This document shows positions 40,594 through 51,350 of a stretch of 64,000 nt of DNA, piece after piece (positions within the stretch are counted from its first letter, which is position 1; the number at the start of each line of letters is the position of its first letter). This stretch comes from a bacterium (lineage in GTDB: Bacteria; Patescibacteriota; Saccharimonadia; UBA4664). Both the position numbers and the translations under genes were made by a program. The notes beneath the pieces are model-generated. The model saw only the letters and a list, made by a program, of their open reading frames with translations. It searched no databases and had not been told where the DNA came from. The stretch covers positions 72,727 through 136,726 of the forward strand of contig CP064960.1 in assembly GCA_016699105.1 (NCBI GenBank), given 5' to 3'.

Positions 40594-41185
40594 TACAACG
40601 GTATCTCCTGTAGTTATTGATGCTAGCGAACAACCTTTGGGCGACGCGCCGTTGACCTTGAAGGTCCAGTTGTTGTAATAGCCGTTAATTTCGCGCACAT
40701 AGGCGCTTTTGAGGGTGGACAGATAAGAGTTGTCGATGGTTACTGATTTGACATAGCCTTGGTCACGAGCCGCTATCAGAATGGTGCAGGCATCGGTGAT
40801 GGCCATCAATTTGACAATGTATTGAGACGAACCAGCCGGACTTTTGAGCTGTAAATTGACAATGGGCTGGGGGTGACGGTGGCGACGGCTGTTTGATTGA
40901 GGTATTGGTACGGCTTGAGTCACCAGTGACTGGCCGGGGTAGACTTTGATCGGATGATTGAGCTGAGGGGGCAGATGTTGGGGCAACCGTCTGATCGCCA
41001 GCGACAGCTGGAACAGTAATTTCGGAATTGTTAGTAGGTGTTTGAGGCCGGGTGACAAAACCAGCCGGACGGGGCGCCACCGCCAAACCAAGCGCTGCCG
41101 CCACGATGACGAGCCCGAAAATAATTCCAAAACGCTTGATGGCTTTCCCCCTAAAAACAAAAAACTTCCCTTCGGAAGTTGCCAA
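40579..41185 (-). CDS. N-terminally anchored protein with a Ser/Thr/Pro-rich linker and a DUF4430-like C-terminal beta domain. There is a frameshift near 40860.
   Basis: The TM is GIIFGLVIVAAALGLAV. The C-terminus is YIVKLMAITDACTILIAARDQGYVKSV...NNWTFKVNGASPKGCSLASITTGDTVVWEYQ. This resembles the DUF4430/transcobalamin beta-domain motif W.Y.VNG...GD.I.W.Y. Confidence 0.45.
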
Positions 41186-41387
41186 GACGCACTAGTGTGA
41201 TGACGGCTGGCCTTTAGATTCCGAAGGCACGAAACGCGTGACGGCTCGATAGATTGGTCCGACTTTACGGTAGCGGTACTGCCCTGAATTACACAGGCTT
41301 CGCCCTATGAGCGTGAAGCATATTTAACATGAAATGAACGGTGCTTTACCAATGTAACAGGCCGCAACCGGACTTGGCAACCACGAG

Positions 41388-43251
41388 TTACTGGTGATTG
41401 GCATACAGCCGGCGGGCGGCGGCGGCACTCCAAAGTTGAACCCGATTCATGAGGCCTTCGGGAGCTGGCTGGTCAGTATAGAGCCGGGCTTGGCCATGGT
41501 CGTCGTAGTGAACTTCCGGAAAATGGCCGAGGGTAGTAAAGGCATGCAAGGTGGTTCCTGCAACGTCTAAACGGGCGGCGTCGATGAGTTTGAGCGTGTC
41601 CATTGCCCAACGATGCTCGCGACCATATTCAAGCTGACGAGCCAATCCGTCGGCTGTAAAAACCACTTGTTTTGCCCAAATGACATCACCGTGATACTGG
41701 CTATGATCGTACCCATCGTGATGGCCTACAAGTGTGGGTCCGATTTAGTATGAAAATATTTCGGGGAAAGTAAGCGCTGGGCAAAGCTAGCAACATCGGT
41801 TTCGGAAGGAGTGCCGTAAAACAAATCATACGATTCGTCGAGGTGATTGACTGCCAAGCGCTGGCCATGATGGCGGCCGGTAGCGCCATTAGTACCATAC
41901 AGAGCCAGAGCATAGCCCGTGAGGCCGTCTGATTGGTAAAGCGGTACCAGGCCTTGGTGCGGTCCCACTTGTGGATGAGCCGGTCCAATAAGGCCGCATC
42001 GAGGCCTAAGACTTGGTGGTGGGCGCCGTACTGGCGCAATGCTTGCGGATAAAAACCGCATTAACATCAAACGGCGCTATGACCGGATCAATGCGCTGGA
42101 AGGCTAGTGTGGAATCCCGCCAATTGCCAGAGTCGTAGTATTCGTCACCGCGTTGCCGGCGGAAGGGTTGAGCCAGTTGTTTGAAGGTAATGAGATTGTG
42201 ACTATCGGCTTGGGTAACCAGGGTACCGCGACACCCGGCGCAGTCGGACAAGACTATCGGTGTCAAAATCTGACGGGTCGATATGACGTAAGCCCAAGAT
42301 ATAGTGCGGCTCAATGTCGATCATTTGCCGGGTGACAAATAGTTCATCTAGGTCATGCATGACCGCCTCAAACCGTTGCCGGTACGGACTGTCTGGTCCG
42401 ACCAATTCTCCTAGATTGCTCCGCAGATTGCGCAACTCTTGCTCGCGTTCAAAGCGGAATTCACCAACGATATCTTCATGCCAACCAGCGCCGTCATCAG
42501 AGACGTGCCGCAACGACTCGGTATAAAAGAAGCGATAGGCGGCTGGTGTTAATTCCGGCTCGAGTAAATCGGCAGTTTCAATCCAATCTCGAGGAAAAAC
42601 GGTGCCATAATCAAAACCGCTGGTTTTGCTATTGGAGACCAGATGATTAATTTCGGCGGCCGTCTGGTCGAGCAGCGGAGTAGAAGGCTGGGGCGAAGTT
42701 CGGCGCCACAATGTCCGCCGGAAACGGGCGGGGTGGACATTGGTCGTGGTCGTGATAGTCACGTTGATAGTTGGAGGGGCGCCAGTCAAACGAAACCCGT
42801 GCAAATTAGCGTCACGTTCGAGCGTAACGCCAGCCGGCCACTGCCAGCGAGTACCATAGAACGACTTGCCGTACGTGCGTGCATAGGACACAGCAGTACC
42901 ATCAGCCTCAGGTACAGCCGTGATTTGTTGCGGACTTAAATCAGCTAGGTTTTTGGGGGCAAGTTCGGTAAACGATAATTCACGTTGGCTGATGCTTTGA
43001 ATAAATTGCCGAACTCGGCGGATGTGTCCCATAGCGGGGTCAGCAATAAACCGTTCTGGCAGGTTTAGCTGCAATTGTATCTGTACCTCATGGTCAGTCG
43101 CTATTACCTCCATAATTCGGCAATTGCGACTTTGGAGCCCAGATGACCCCAGCAACAAATGATTGCCCGGTCCCACAATGCGCAGTTCGCCATAGTCATT
43201 GGTATCAATGTAATAGGCGCCTTCGAGCCAGACATTGCCAACTGCCTCCAT
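41388..43251 (-). CDS. Large uncharacterised protein (about 620 aa) split into 3 ORFs. It may be glycogen-related (alpha/alpha-barrel glucosidase-like). This is an inference from context only.
   Basis: ORFs 42202..43251, 41701..42070 and 41388..41666 are co-linear on one strand, between glgP and the GT4 gene. No motif was confidently recognised. Confidence 0.3.
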
Positions 43252-43398
43252 GAGTCCTCCTGGATAATTGTTAAGTTATTATGACGAAAGTTACATAATA
43301 TCCAACTGCCCATATAACTAGCAACGGCAAATTTGGCAAATATACCAACGAATCTGGGGTTTCATTATGGTGAAATACCTAGCACCAGAGGAGGAAGT

Positions 43399-44654
43399 AT
43401 GAAAAAACTCACAATTGCGATGGTGGCACCCCCGTGGCTGACCGTGCCGGCCACCGGTTATGGCGGAACCGAATCGGTGATTGATCATTTGTGCCGCGGG
43501 TTGTATGACGCAGGAGTACGCGTAGATTTTTATGGAGTTGAGGGTAGTACGACGCCCGCCAGGCGTCATTATTGGACCTACGCTAACGAACAATATGATA
43601 AATTAACGAATGGTCTTGATGACCCGTCCCCTATCCCGCTGACTCATTTGATGCAAGTAGTTGAGCAGGTTCAGCGGCGTGGCGGGTATGATCTTATTCA
43701 CGATCACAACAATTTTTTTGGACCAGTTGTGCTAGCCAATCATGCCGGACTACCACCGGTTCTTCACACCTTGCATGGTCCATTTGTCACTACTGAGCGT
43801 CGTAACCAGGGATTTATAGATTCTGATAGTTTATATACTCTGTTGTCCCACAACGACCGGTTGTATTTCAACGCCATTTCGCGAGCCCAGGCAGACCAGG
43901 CACCTGTATCGTTGCGCAAGAAAATTGTAGCGGTCATACACCATGGTATCGATGTAGCAGGGCGCACCATGACGGAAGCCAAAGACGACTACTTTGTGAC
44001 CGTCGGTCGGATCGCGGCCGAAAAAAACGGGATTGGCAGCTAAACTGTGCGCCAAACTGGGTTTCCATTCAAAATTGCGGGCGTAGTTGGCGGAATCGAC
44101 AATCCCAGGGAACTCACTAGAGCATTGGCCGACAGTCAGCAAACCGGTCGGATCGCAGATTTAGCCTACTTCCGCGATAATGTGGTTCCTCATTTGAAAT
44201 CTGGCCAGATCGAATATGTCGGCAGTGTCGCTGGAACGGCCAAGGACCAATTGATCGGCCGGGCGAAAGCGTTTTTAATGCCTATTGCCTGGGATGAACC
44301 GTTCGGTGGGCAATCATTGACGCCCTGGTCTGCGGCACACCGGTGGTGGCCATGAATCGTGGATCGATGCCCGAGATTATTGAGCATGGGGTCAATGGTT
44401 TCTTAGCTGATACGCCCGGAAGAATCGCCCACTATATGCTGCGGGTTGGTGAAATCGATCCGACGGACTGCCGGCGCAGTGTCGAAGAAAAGTTTTCGTA
44501 TCAGTTTATGGCACAACGCTATGCGGCCACCTATGAGCGAATCATTAAGCGGCATGCCAGTGTCAGCCGGCCTGTGAGTTTGCTCCCGACGTGGCGGCCG
44601 CAACCAGCGTTTTACGAGAAGTTAACCAAAGACCGGCGCAAGCCTTCGAGTTAA
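43399..44654 (+). CDS. GT4-family glycosyltransferase, with two frameshifts (near 44040 and 44340).
   Basis: MKKLTIAMVAPPW...YGGTESV at the N-terminus and EPFGG plus GTPVVAMNRGSMPEII...GFL at the C-terminus are the GT4 signatures. RBS ggagga. Confidence 0.65.
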
Positions 44655-45391
44655 CCGAGTTTTTCCATCAATTCAGGAGCAATATCGAAATTGGCATAGG
44701 TAGCGGTGACATCGTCGAGTTCATCGAGTGAGTCCATGAGGCGCATGAGTTTGCCGGCAGTGGCTTCATCGGTAACCGGCACCGTAGTGTTGGGTTCAAA
44801 CGATAGTTCAGCCTTAACGACCGTATAACCAGCAGCCACGAGACCTTTGCGGACGACATCGAGTTCGGTGGGATGGGTGTAGACGACGAGTTCATCCTCA
44901 CCCTCATCAACATCTTCGGCACCAGCTTCAATGGCCGCCATTGTGGCCGCTTCTAGATCCGTGGCGGCAATCACGACGACACCGCGTTGGGTGAATTGAA
45001 AAGCGACTGATCCGGTAGTACCGAGCGATCCACCATGCTTGGTGAAAGCTGAGCGCACTTCGGGGCCAGTGCGGTTGCGGTTATCGGTGGCAGTTTCAAC
45101 GATGACAGCAACGCCGGCGGGACCATAGCCCTCATAGGTAATTTCTTCAAACGTGCCACCGTCATCTTGGCCGGAACCGCGACGAATAGCACGGTCGATG
45201 TTGGCATTGGGGACACCGGCTTTTTTGGCGGCGTCCATGGCCAGCCGGAGTTTGAAGTTCATGGTGGGATCGGCACCGCTGCGAGCTGCCACTGAAATGA
45301 GGTTGGCAAACTTGGTAAAGCTGGCGCCACGACGGGCGTCTTTGATGCCTTTTTGATGCTTAATGGAGGCCCATTTGGAGTGTCCAGACAT
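44651..45391 (-). CDS. yebC: YebC/PmpR-family transcriptional regulator.
   Basis: MSGHSKWASIKHQKG is the family N-terminus. 246 aa and intact. Confidence 0.85.
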   Translation of the reverse strand: MSGHSKWASIKHQKGIKDARRGASFTKFANLISVAARSGADPTMNFKLRLAMDAAKKAGVPNANIDRAIRRGSGQDDGGTFEEITYEGYGPAGVAVIVETATDNRNRTGPEVRSAFTKHGGSLGTTGSVAFQFTQRGVVVIAATDLEAATMAAIEAGAEDVDEGEDELVVYTHPTELDVVRKGLVAAGYTVVKAELSFEPNTTVPVTDEATAGKLMRLMDSLDELDDVTATYANFDIAPELMEKLG

Positions 45392-45434
45392 AAGGCGATT
45401 ATACCAGATATATCTGGTAATAGCGAGGCTATTT

Positions 45435-45731
45435 TTACTTTGGCGAAGGCGTTGGAGCAGCTTGCGAGAGTTGTTGCTTCAAATATTCAATTTCGAGTTG
45501 CGTTTTTTCTGATTGCTGACGATATGTTTGATTATTGAAATGCAATTCGTCTATTACTAAACCGACAACCGCAACAACAATACCAACCATGCTTATCACG
45601 GCTACAAACAATACAGCATGAACTAAACTCTCGATTGATGTGATCCTACGTTCATTACGGCGATGAGTTGGTTCCGGCCCACTTTCCGGGTCAATTCTAA
45701 GAAGTGAACCCTCGGGTTGCTGTTCAGCCAT
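45435..45731 (-). CDS. Hypothetical small membrane protein with a C-terminal coiled-coil.
   Basis: 98 aa with TM VLFVAVISMVGIVVAVVGLVI. Confidence 0.3.
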   Translation of the reverse strand: MAEQQPEGSLLRIDPESGPEPTHRRNERRITSIESLVHAVLFVAVISMVGIVVAVVGLVIDELHFNNQTYRQQSEKTQLEIEYLKQQLSQAAPTPSPK

Positions 45732-46003
45732 TAGGTGAATATCCCTCGGACAGTTATGACATCTCCCGAACGTTCGATCTGTAAATCACGTCCAAGATAT
45801 TGAAACAAATCAATGCCGCCAAAGGACACACCTCGTCCAATACCTACGTTGGGACCAAAGGCTACTGCACCGACCTTAGTATTTTGACGAGTAACTAGCA
45901 TCCCGTCTTCATGTTTAAAAACAGTCCAAAAACTCACGCGCTCAGTCATAGCACTATTATAGCTAAGTTGAGGTAAATCAGCATGCAGCATGTTAGAAGT
46001 CAT
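45731..46003 (-). CDS. Hypothetical protein.
   Basis: 90-aa ORF. Confidence 0.25.
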   Translation of the reverse strand: MTSNMLHADLPQLSYNSAMTERVSFWTVFKHEDGMLVTRQNTKVGAVAFGPNVGIGRGVSFGGIDLFQYLGRDLQIERSGDVITVRGIFT

Positions 46004-46051
46004 CTTATCCCATTAAGATACCGTACATTTTCCGAATATTCAATGGTTTGC

Positions 46052-46411
46052 TTACACTTTGCGGTAGCGGCGGGCGGTTTCCCAGACTATTTGGGCGTGC
46101 TGGGCCGCCCGAATCAATCGCACAAGCTCGAGGAGCCGCAAGCCCCTTAAAAGCTCAGCCCAAGCGTAGGTCATGGGAATTGAAGCAAGTAACAGGTACC
46201 AATTGCGTCGCAAGTAACCCCGTTTTTGCTTGGTTAGTAACCACGTAATAAAAAAGTCGCCCAAGAATATGTAGGCGACGACAATATCAAATTCGAAGAT
46301 GAGTCGCGAAGTGTAAGCCGTCGGATGAACAGCATAGTCGTAGGCAACGGTGCCTACACTAATAACAGCCAGAAGCGCGAACACTAATTCTTTGTACAGT
46401 CGCCAACCCAT
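46052..46411 (-). CDS. Voltage-sensor-domain-like small membrane protein (ion-transport family fragment or VSD-only protein).
   Basis: 3-4 TM helices plus an S4-like helix LRGLRLLELVRLIRAAQH with Arg every third residue. No pore (P-loop) segment follows. Confidence 0.4.
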   Translation of the reverse strand: MGWRLYKELVFALLAVISVGTVAYDYAVHPTAYTSRLIFEFDIVVAYIFLGDFFITWLLTKQKRGYLRRNWYLLLASIPMTYAWAELLRGLRLLELVRLIRAAQHAQIVWETARRYRKV

Positions 46412-46434
46412 GACTTAAGCATACTACGATTCGC

Positions 46435-47894
46435 CTAAGAGACCGCGACTTCGGTGAGGCGGCGACGGTTTGTCGGTGCTTGGGTCGGTCGTCCAGCCCG
46501 GCGGTTGGTGGTGTTCAGTAGGATGATCAAAGCGATAATAATGCCATAAACCGCGAGCATCCCGATCAGACTGAGATGGGCTTGGGTGCCAGCCCACGGC
46601 AGGGCGGCGAAGGCATCGATGATGTTGGTCATAAAACCGAGTACTAGCATAGCCGGCCATGCTAACCAACCACACCAGATAGGCAATAGGCTGCCGGCAA
46701 TCCCCGCCACAAAGCTAGTGGCCATAGCCAGCGGTACCATGGGCAAAATTATCAGATTGGTGATGGGTGCCACGATGGACAATTCGTTAAAGAAATAGAG
46801 GATGAGTGGCAGCGTGAGTAATTGGGCGGCTGCTGATTCGATGAACAGACGAACCACTACCAATTTAGGATGGCCAAGTCGGGCTTCGATGGCTGGTGCC
46901 AAGATAAGTACACCAAAGAACGCTAAATACGATAATAGCCAGCCAAGATCGGTCAGGTAGCCGGGATTGTAGAGCCCAGTGGCTGCCGCAGTCAGCAGAA
47001 TGAGCGCCAAGGGTGGGAAGCGACGGCCATAAAAACCAGCGACCAGACTCAAGACACTGACTAAGCTCGCCCGCACAATGCTGGCGCTGGCTCCAGTAAC
47101 AATGAGAAACCCGCTGATCAGCCACAAATTGACATTGAGGGTGATGCCCCGGCCAAAGCGGCCGAGGCTGCGTTCAACTGCCCGCACGATAATAGTGAGA
47201 TTATAACCGGAGACAGCGACCAAATGGCTGAGTCCTACCAGCGCCAGCTCAGTCTGCATATTGTTGGGAATAAGCGCTCGGATACCCACCAATAAGCCGA
47301 GCCCAAAGGAAGATACCGGCTCCGGTAATGCTGTGCGCATACCAGCAAAAAAATGCTGGCGCCATTGCTCCAGCTCTGATTGCTTGGTGTCGAGTATGGT
47401 CATTCGGGGATAACTCATACTCACGAGGGCGTTGCCGTAGCCATGTTTGACGGTGCCGGTCACCTCCAACCGGTAGCCTCTTTGCAACGCGCTGGCATAG
47501 CTATAAATCGTAATTGTTCCTGGCAAGTGCGCGACGGTTTTACCGGTAGTTTTATCGAGTAAGGTCAAGCTTTTGAGCTTGTAACTCATTTGGCGGTTGT
47601 CGCCGGCGGTCGGATCGTCGGCAATGATACCCTGCAGATCGACATTTTGGCCTATGAGCGCAACAAACCGGTCGCTTTGCTCTTGCCAGGCAGCGGTGCG
47701 CCACAGTCCGAGAACTAGCACAATAATGAACCAACTGGCTAAGGCCAAGCGTGTGCGACGCAGTAACCAGGCCGCGACGACCGCTCCTACGAGCCACCAC
47801 CAAGCTGCCGGCACGCCGCCCGGCCCAGCGCTAATCCACCCACTAGGCCTGCAGCCAAGAGACTGATGATCGTGGCTCGCCGGTACATAATCAT
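46435..47894 (-). CDS. comEC: Competence protein ComEC/Rec2 (competence channel core, no metallo-beta-lactamase domain). There is an N-terminal frameshift.
   Basis: Polytopic Competence-domain core (LVGLSHLVAVSGYNLTIIVRA...). The ATG at 47894 (MIMYRRATIISLLAAGL) runs in a different frame for about 25 codons before joining the main ORF. Confidence 0.65.
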
Positions 47895-47984
47895 GCGCGC
47901 AATTGTGAGCCATACTGATTCCGAACACAAGCGCAAGGGCTTTAAAAACATAGTGTACAATGCAAGGAAAGGGGCGCATAAGCG

Positions 47985-48827
47985 ATGGCAGACTGGGACA
48001 AACTAAGCGGCAGTGGCAATGTTGATGACCGTCGCATGTACGGGCCTGTGATGGGTGGCATTGGTAGTTTTGGCGCAATGGGAATTGTGGCTTTAGTGGT
48101 GGCCAACCTACTCGGCGTTGACCCCGGTTTGACCAGTGATATCATGAATCAATTGGCACAGTCCCAAGCTCAACGTCAAACGACGGGACCAAGTGAATTT
48201 GACGGCAAAGATTCGTATGAAGCGTTTACATCCAAGGTGCTGGGCTCGACAAACGATACCTGGACGGGCATTTTCGAGCAAAGTAGTACGGCTTATCGAG
48301 AACCGCGACTGGTATTATTTCGGGGCGCGACGGCTTCTGGTTGTGGCGGTGCCACCAGTAGCTCCGGACCGCACTATTGCCCGGCTGACGAGACTATTTA
48401 TCTGGATGAGACGTTTTTCGATGAGTTGACCAAACAGTTGGGAGCTAAGGGCGGTGATGTCGCTCAAGCCTACGTGATTGCGCATGAGGTGGGGCACCAT
48501 GTACAACAACAACTTGATCTACTCAATGAAACCGAGCGCGCCCGTGATGCCGAGGCTGCCCGAGCTGTATCGATCAAGCTCGAGTTGCAGGCTGACTGTT
48601 TTGCTGGCGTGTGGTTGTATGCCGTCAATCAACAAGGAATATTGGAGCCAGGCGAAATTACCGAAGCCCGAGATGCGGCAGCGGCAGTGGGCGATGATCA
48701 TATCCAGCAAACCACTAGTGGTCGAGTGACACCCGAAAATTGGACCCATGGATCATCGGCCGAGCGTACCTGGTGGTTTAACCGGGGTTACCAGTCGGGA
48801 CAGCCGTCGCAGTGTCAAACGTTTTAG
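47985..48827 (+). CDS. YpfJ-family putative zinc metalloprotease.
   Basis: N-terminal TM, HEVGHHVQ (HExxH), and the conserved Cys-rich region. Confidence 0.6.
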   Translation: MADWDKLSGSGNVDDRRMYGPVMGGIGSFGAMGIVALVVANLLGVDPGLTSDIMNQLAQSQAQRQTTGPSEFDGKDSYEAFTSKVLGSTNDTWTGIFEQSSTAYREPRLVLFRGATASGCGGATSSSGPHYCPADETIYLDETFFDELTKQLGAKGGDVAQAYVIAHEVGHHVQQQLDLLNETERARDAEAARAVSIKLELQADCFAGVWLYAVNQQGILEPGEITEARDAAAAVGDDHIQQTTSGRVTPENWTHGSSAERTWWFNRGYQSGQPSQCQTF

Positions 48828-49360
48828 GCCGGCGCCAGAGATAGATGCCGAGTATAAAGACCGGTGGCATGACAGCTAGAATCCCGCCGCCGATTAAACT
48901 CAACCCCTGATAGTAACCATTGGCCGTAATGATGGCGGCAAACCATACCGGCAGCCACAATTGTTGGACATCCCGAAAGAATCCCATGATGGAAACAAGC
49001 GTGGCCTTGTGATGACTTGACCCGAAATGACGCAAGAGTTGGTCCTGATAAATGATGTTTCGAAAGCGCCAAAACGCCATGGTAATTATCATGGATAAAA
49101 TTGATAGCGGTAAGCTACGCGTGAAGCCAATCAGCAATGGCTGGACGGTGCACATGAGGATGTCGAGACCCGCATATTGCATGAGCGAAAGCCGGTTGAG
49201 TTTGTGTAAATACCAACCGCCACCGGCCGCCGCTAAACTGGCAGTAGCATACATGAAACCAGATAAGTTTGGCGCCAAGCATGCGCACCCAATTGTAGAC
49301 ATTAATATTATGCTGCAGGTCAGCTTCGGAGAAAGCCGCTGATCTTGTCGTGGTTGGCAT
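48778..49360 (-). CDS. Hypothetical membrane protein. ORFs 49115..49360 and 48778..49503 probably form one frameshifted gene.
   Basis: The start sits directly after the upstream gene's stop. The segments are hydrophobic. Confidence 0.25.
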
Positions 49361-49363
49361 AAG

Positions 49364-49801
49364 CTATTTGCCGGTCGCTTTGGCGTAGATAATGACAGCC
49401 AAACCAGCAGTGACAAGAATGAGACCCCCTGCCTGATATGGAGTGATGCGTTCCTTGAAAATAATGGTACCCAATACCGCCGACAAAACGATGGCGCCAC
49501 CAAAAACTACGGGGCTGACGATGGCCACATTACTAGTAGCAAAAGATTTGTTTAAGAACACGGTAAACGCGCCAATCGCGATGCCGCCAAGGCCGGCCGC
49601 AATCAAGCCACTTCGCTGGTTTACGGCTGTAGTATGCGACATTTCGGCTAAAACGAAGGCCAGTCCGGCGACTACGGCCAAGATATTCGTAATGAGACTG
49701 ACGACCGCCGGTCCAGCGTGGCGGGATGCGTACGTGCCTAATAAAATAGCAACAGTATAGACGAGTAGCGCCGCAATGATGTACATCATGGAGCTAAACA
49801 C
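49364..49801 (-). CDS. Small EamA/DMT-superfamily 4-TM transporter.
   Basis: 145 aa, four TM helices, Gly-rich. Confidence 0.45.
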   Translation of the reverse strand: MFSSMMYIIAALLVYTVAILLGTYASRHAGPAVVSLITNILAVVAGLAFVLAEMSHTTAVNQRSGLIAAGLGGIAIGAFTVFLNKSFATSNVAIVSPVVFGGAIVLSAVLGTIIFKERITPYQAGGLILVTAGLAVIIYAKATGK

Positions 49802-50375
49802 TCGGCGACGAGTTCTGGAAATTCAACAGTACCTAAATCTCTTTGGAAAAAGTGACCGTATTCATGGAATTCTCGGTAGGTTAGGTCTTGGACTTTCGAC
49901 CTGATAATACTGACGGATTCACGGATCGATTCATGATCGTTGTCTGAGTTGAAGATTGTGACACCGGCGGTGCGACTGACTAGATCGGGATCGATTTCAA
50001 AATCAAAGAAATCAGCCGTTTCAGATTCTGGATTGTTATCGGGGTTGAGCCAGGTGCCACGAGTATGACTTTGCCGACTTTGGTTTGTTTGTGTTCACTA
50101 AGCCACCTGACGAGGAAACCGCCACCACAACTGTGTCCGACGAGGAGCGTTTCGGGTCCGATTTCAAATCGTTCAAATTCTTTAGACCAGACGTCAAAAC
50201 GGGGTCGCCAAGGCTGCGGCGGCTCGATGGCGACAGCAAACACATCATTTATTTGGAGCTGCTTGGACAGCCAGGGAAACCAATGATTGTTACTATTGGT
50301 GGGGTACTTGGGATTATAATATTCGGATTTATCGGGCCGACCCGGTACAAGAATGGCGTTTTTCATATTACTCAT
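49786..50375 (-). CDS. YdeN/RBBP9-like alpha/beta serine hydrolase, with one frameshift near 49980.
   Basis: LVGHSCGGGFLVRW is the nucleophile elbow. The C-terminus DNDHESIRE...FHEYGHFFQRDLG lies in a second frame and ends at 49786. Confidence 0.55.
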
Positions 50376-50470
50376 TATACTTGGATCGATTATTGTCTGT
50401 AAGACAGTAATTTAATCGCTTTCTTTAATGTCTTTGGGACAATAATTCGTCAAAAACAATCTTTTTATAG

Positions 50471-51082
50471 TCACAAGTTTATTTGTGAGATGTGCCAAAC
50501 CCCAGCAGCGGTTTTCTTTTGACCGTGTTTCGTCATGGCTTTGTACATTTGCTCAGTTTTAACGACACGCCATTTCGGATGAGTCGGACTGGGATCGATA
50601 ATGCGAATATCACCGTCAATAATACGGTCGAATACTACGACATGTCCCCAATCTCTTTTGTCGTCATCGATGAGTGCGCCGTGATTAAAACACAGCAGTG
50701 CATGACCGTCGTCTGATTCTACTTTAATCAAGCTGTCTCGCAATTGATCAACGGAAGTAATCGATTGTATGTGGTCGATTTCGTACTTCAATGGAATGCC
50801 CATTTTCCTAAAAGCAGTGTTGAGTTCGTATTCGTCTTCGTAGATTCTCGTGCCATATCCACCAGATGGAGGCACTGCCGCGGTGCGAGCATTGTAAAAA
50901 AGATACCCATCGTCAGGTCTGACAACGAGCCCAAGATTATAGCCAATTTCTTCGGCAGGTATCAGTGGGATGTTCAACTTATACATGACTGTCTGAATAC
51001 ATGTTGGGACACAACAAGAAGCTTGCTGTGTAAGAGGTACATACCGGGAATCTATAGGTGTTACCGCAGGAATATATGTCAT
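50471..51082 (-). CDS. Hypothetical protein (possible Cys/His peptidase-like) adjacent to tRNA-Lys.
   Basis: 203 aa. The Cys cluster QQASCCVPTCIQTV is near the N-terminus, with conserved His residues downstream. No family was confirmed. Confidence 0.3.
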   Translation of the reverse strand: MTYIPAVTPIDSRYVPLTQQASCCVPTCIQTVMYKLNIPLIPAEEIGYNLGLVVRPDDGYLFYNARTAAVPPSGGYGTRIYEDEYELNTAFRKMGIPLKYEIDHIQSITSVDQLRDSLIKVESDDGHALLCFNHGALIDDDKRDWGHVVVFDRIIDGDIRIIDPSPTHPKWRVVKTEQMYKAMTKHGQKKTAAGVWHISQINL

Positions 51083-51098
51083 ATTTGAAAATAATTAC

Positions 51099-51175
51099 TG
51101 GAGGGCCCAGTGGGGCTCGAACCCACGACACGCTGCTTAAAAGGCAGCTGCTCTAACCAACTGAGCTATGGGCCC
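51099..51175 (-). tRNA. tRNA-Lys (TTT anticodon), CCA encoded.
   Basis: GGGCCCA-TA-GCTCAGTTGGTTAGAGC-A-GCTGC-CTTTTAA-GCAGC-GTGTC-GTGGGTTCGAGCCCCAC-TGGGCCC-T-CCA. All stems are perfect. Confidence 0.85.
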
Positions 51176-51202
51176 TCATAGTGAAAGGAACTTGGACTTG
51201 CA

Positions 51203-51282
51203 CTCAGTTGGTTAGAGCAGCACCGCTGCTTCTTTTTTATCTTGGCCGCGTGTGCGGCGCCAACTGAGCTATGGGCCCTCAT
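51203..51282. repeat. tRNA-Lys-derived fragments: an inverted D-arm/anticodon-stem fragment and a second copy of the tRNA 5-prime 22 nt.
   Basis: ctcagttggttagagcagc (plus orientation, 51203..51221) and gcgccaactgagctatgggccc (51259..51282), which duplicates the 5-prime end of the tRNA at 51154..51175. A hairpin gcagcaccgctgc plus ttctttttt lies between them. Confidence 0.5.
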
Positions 51283-51350
51283 GATTTTAAACCCGCGACA
51301 GATAGCGGGACTGGCGAACTGGTAAATTGTAGCGCATCTTGGCTAAATTC

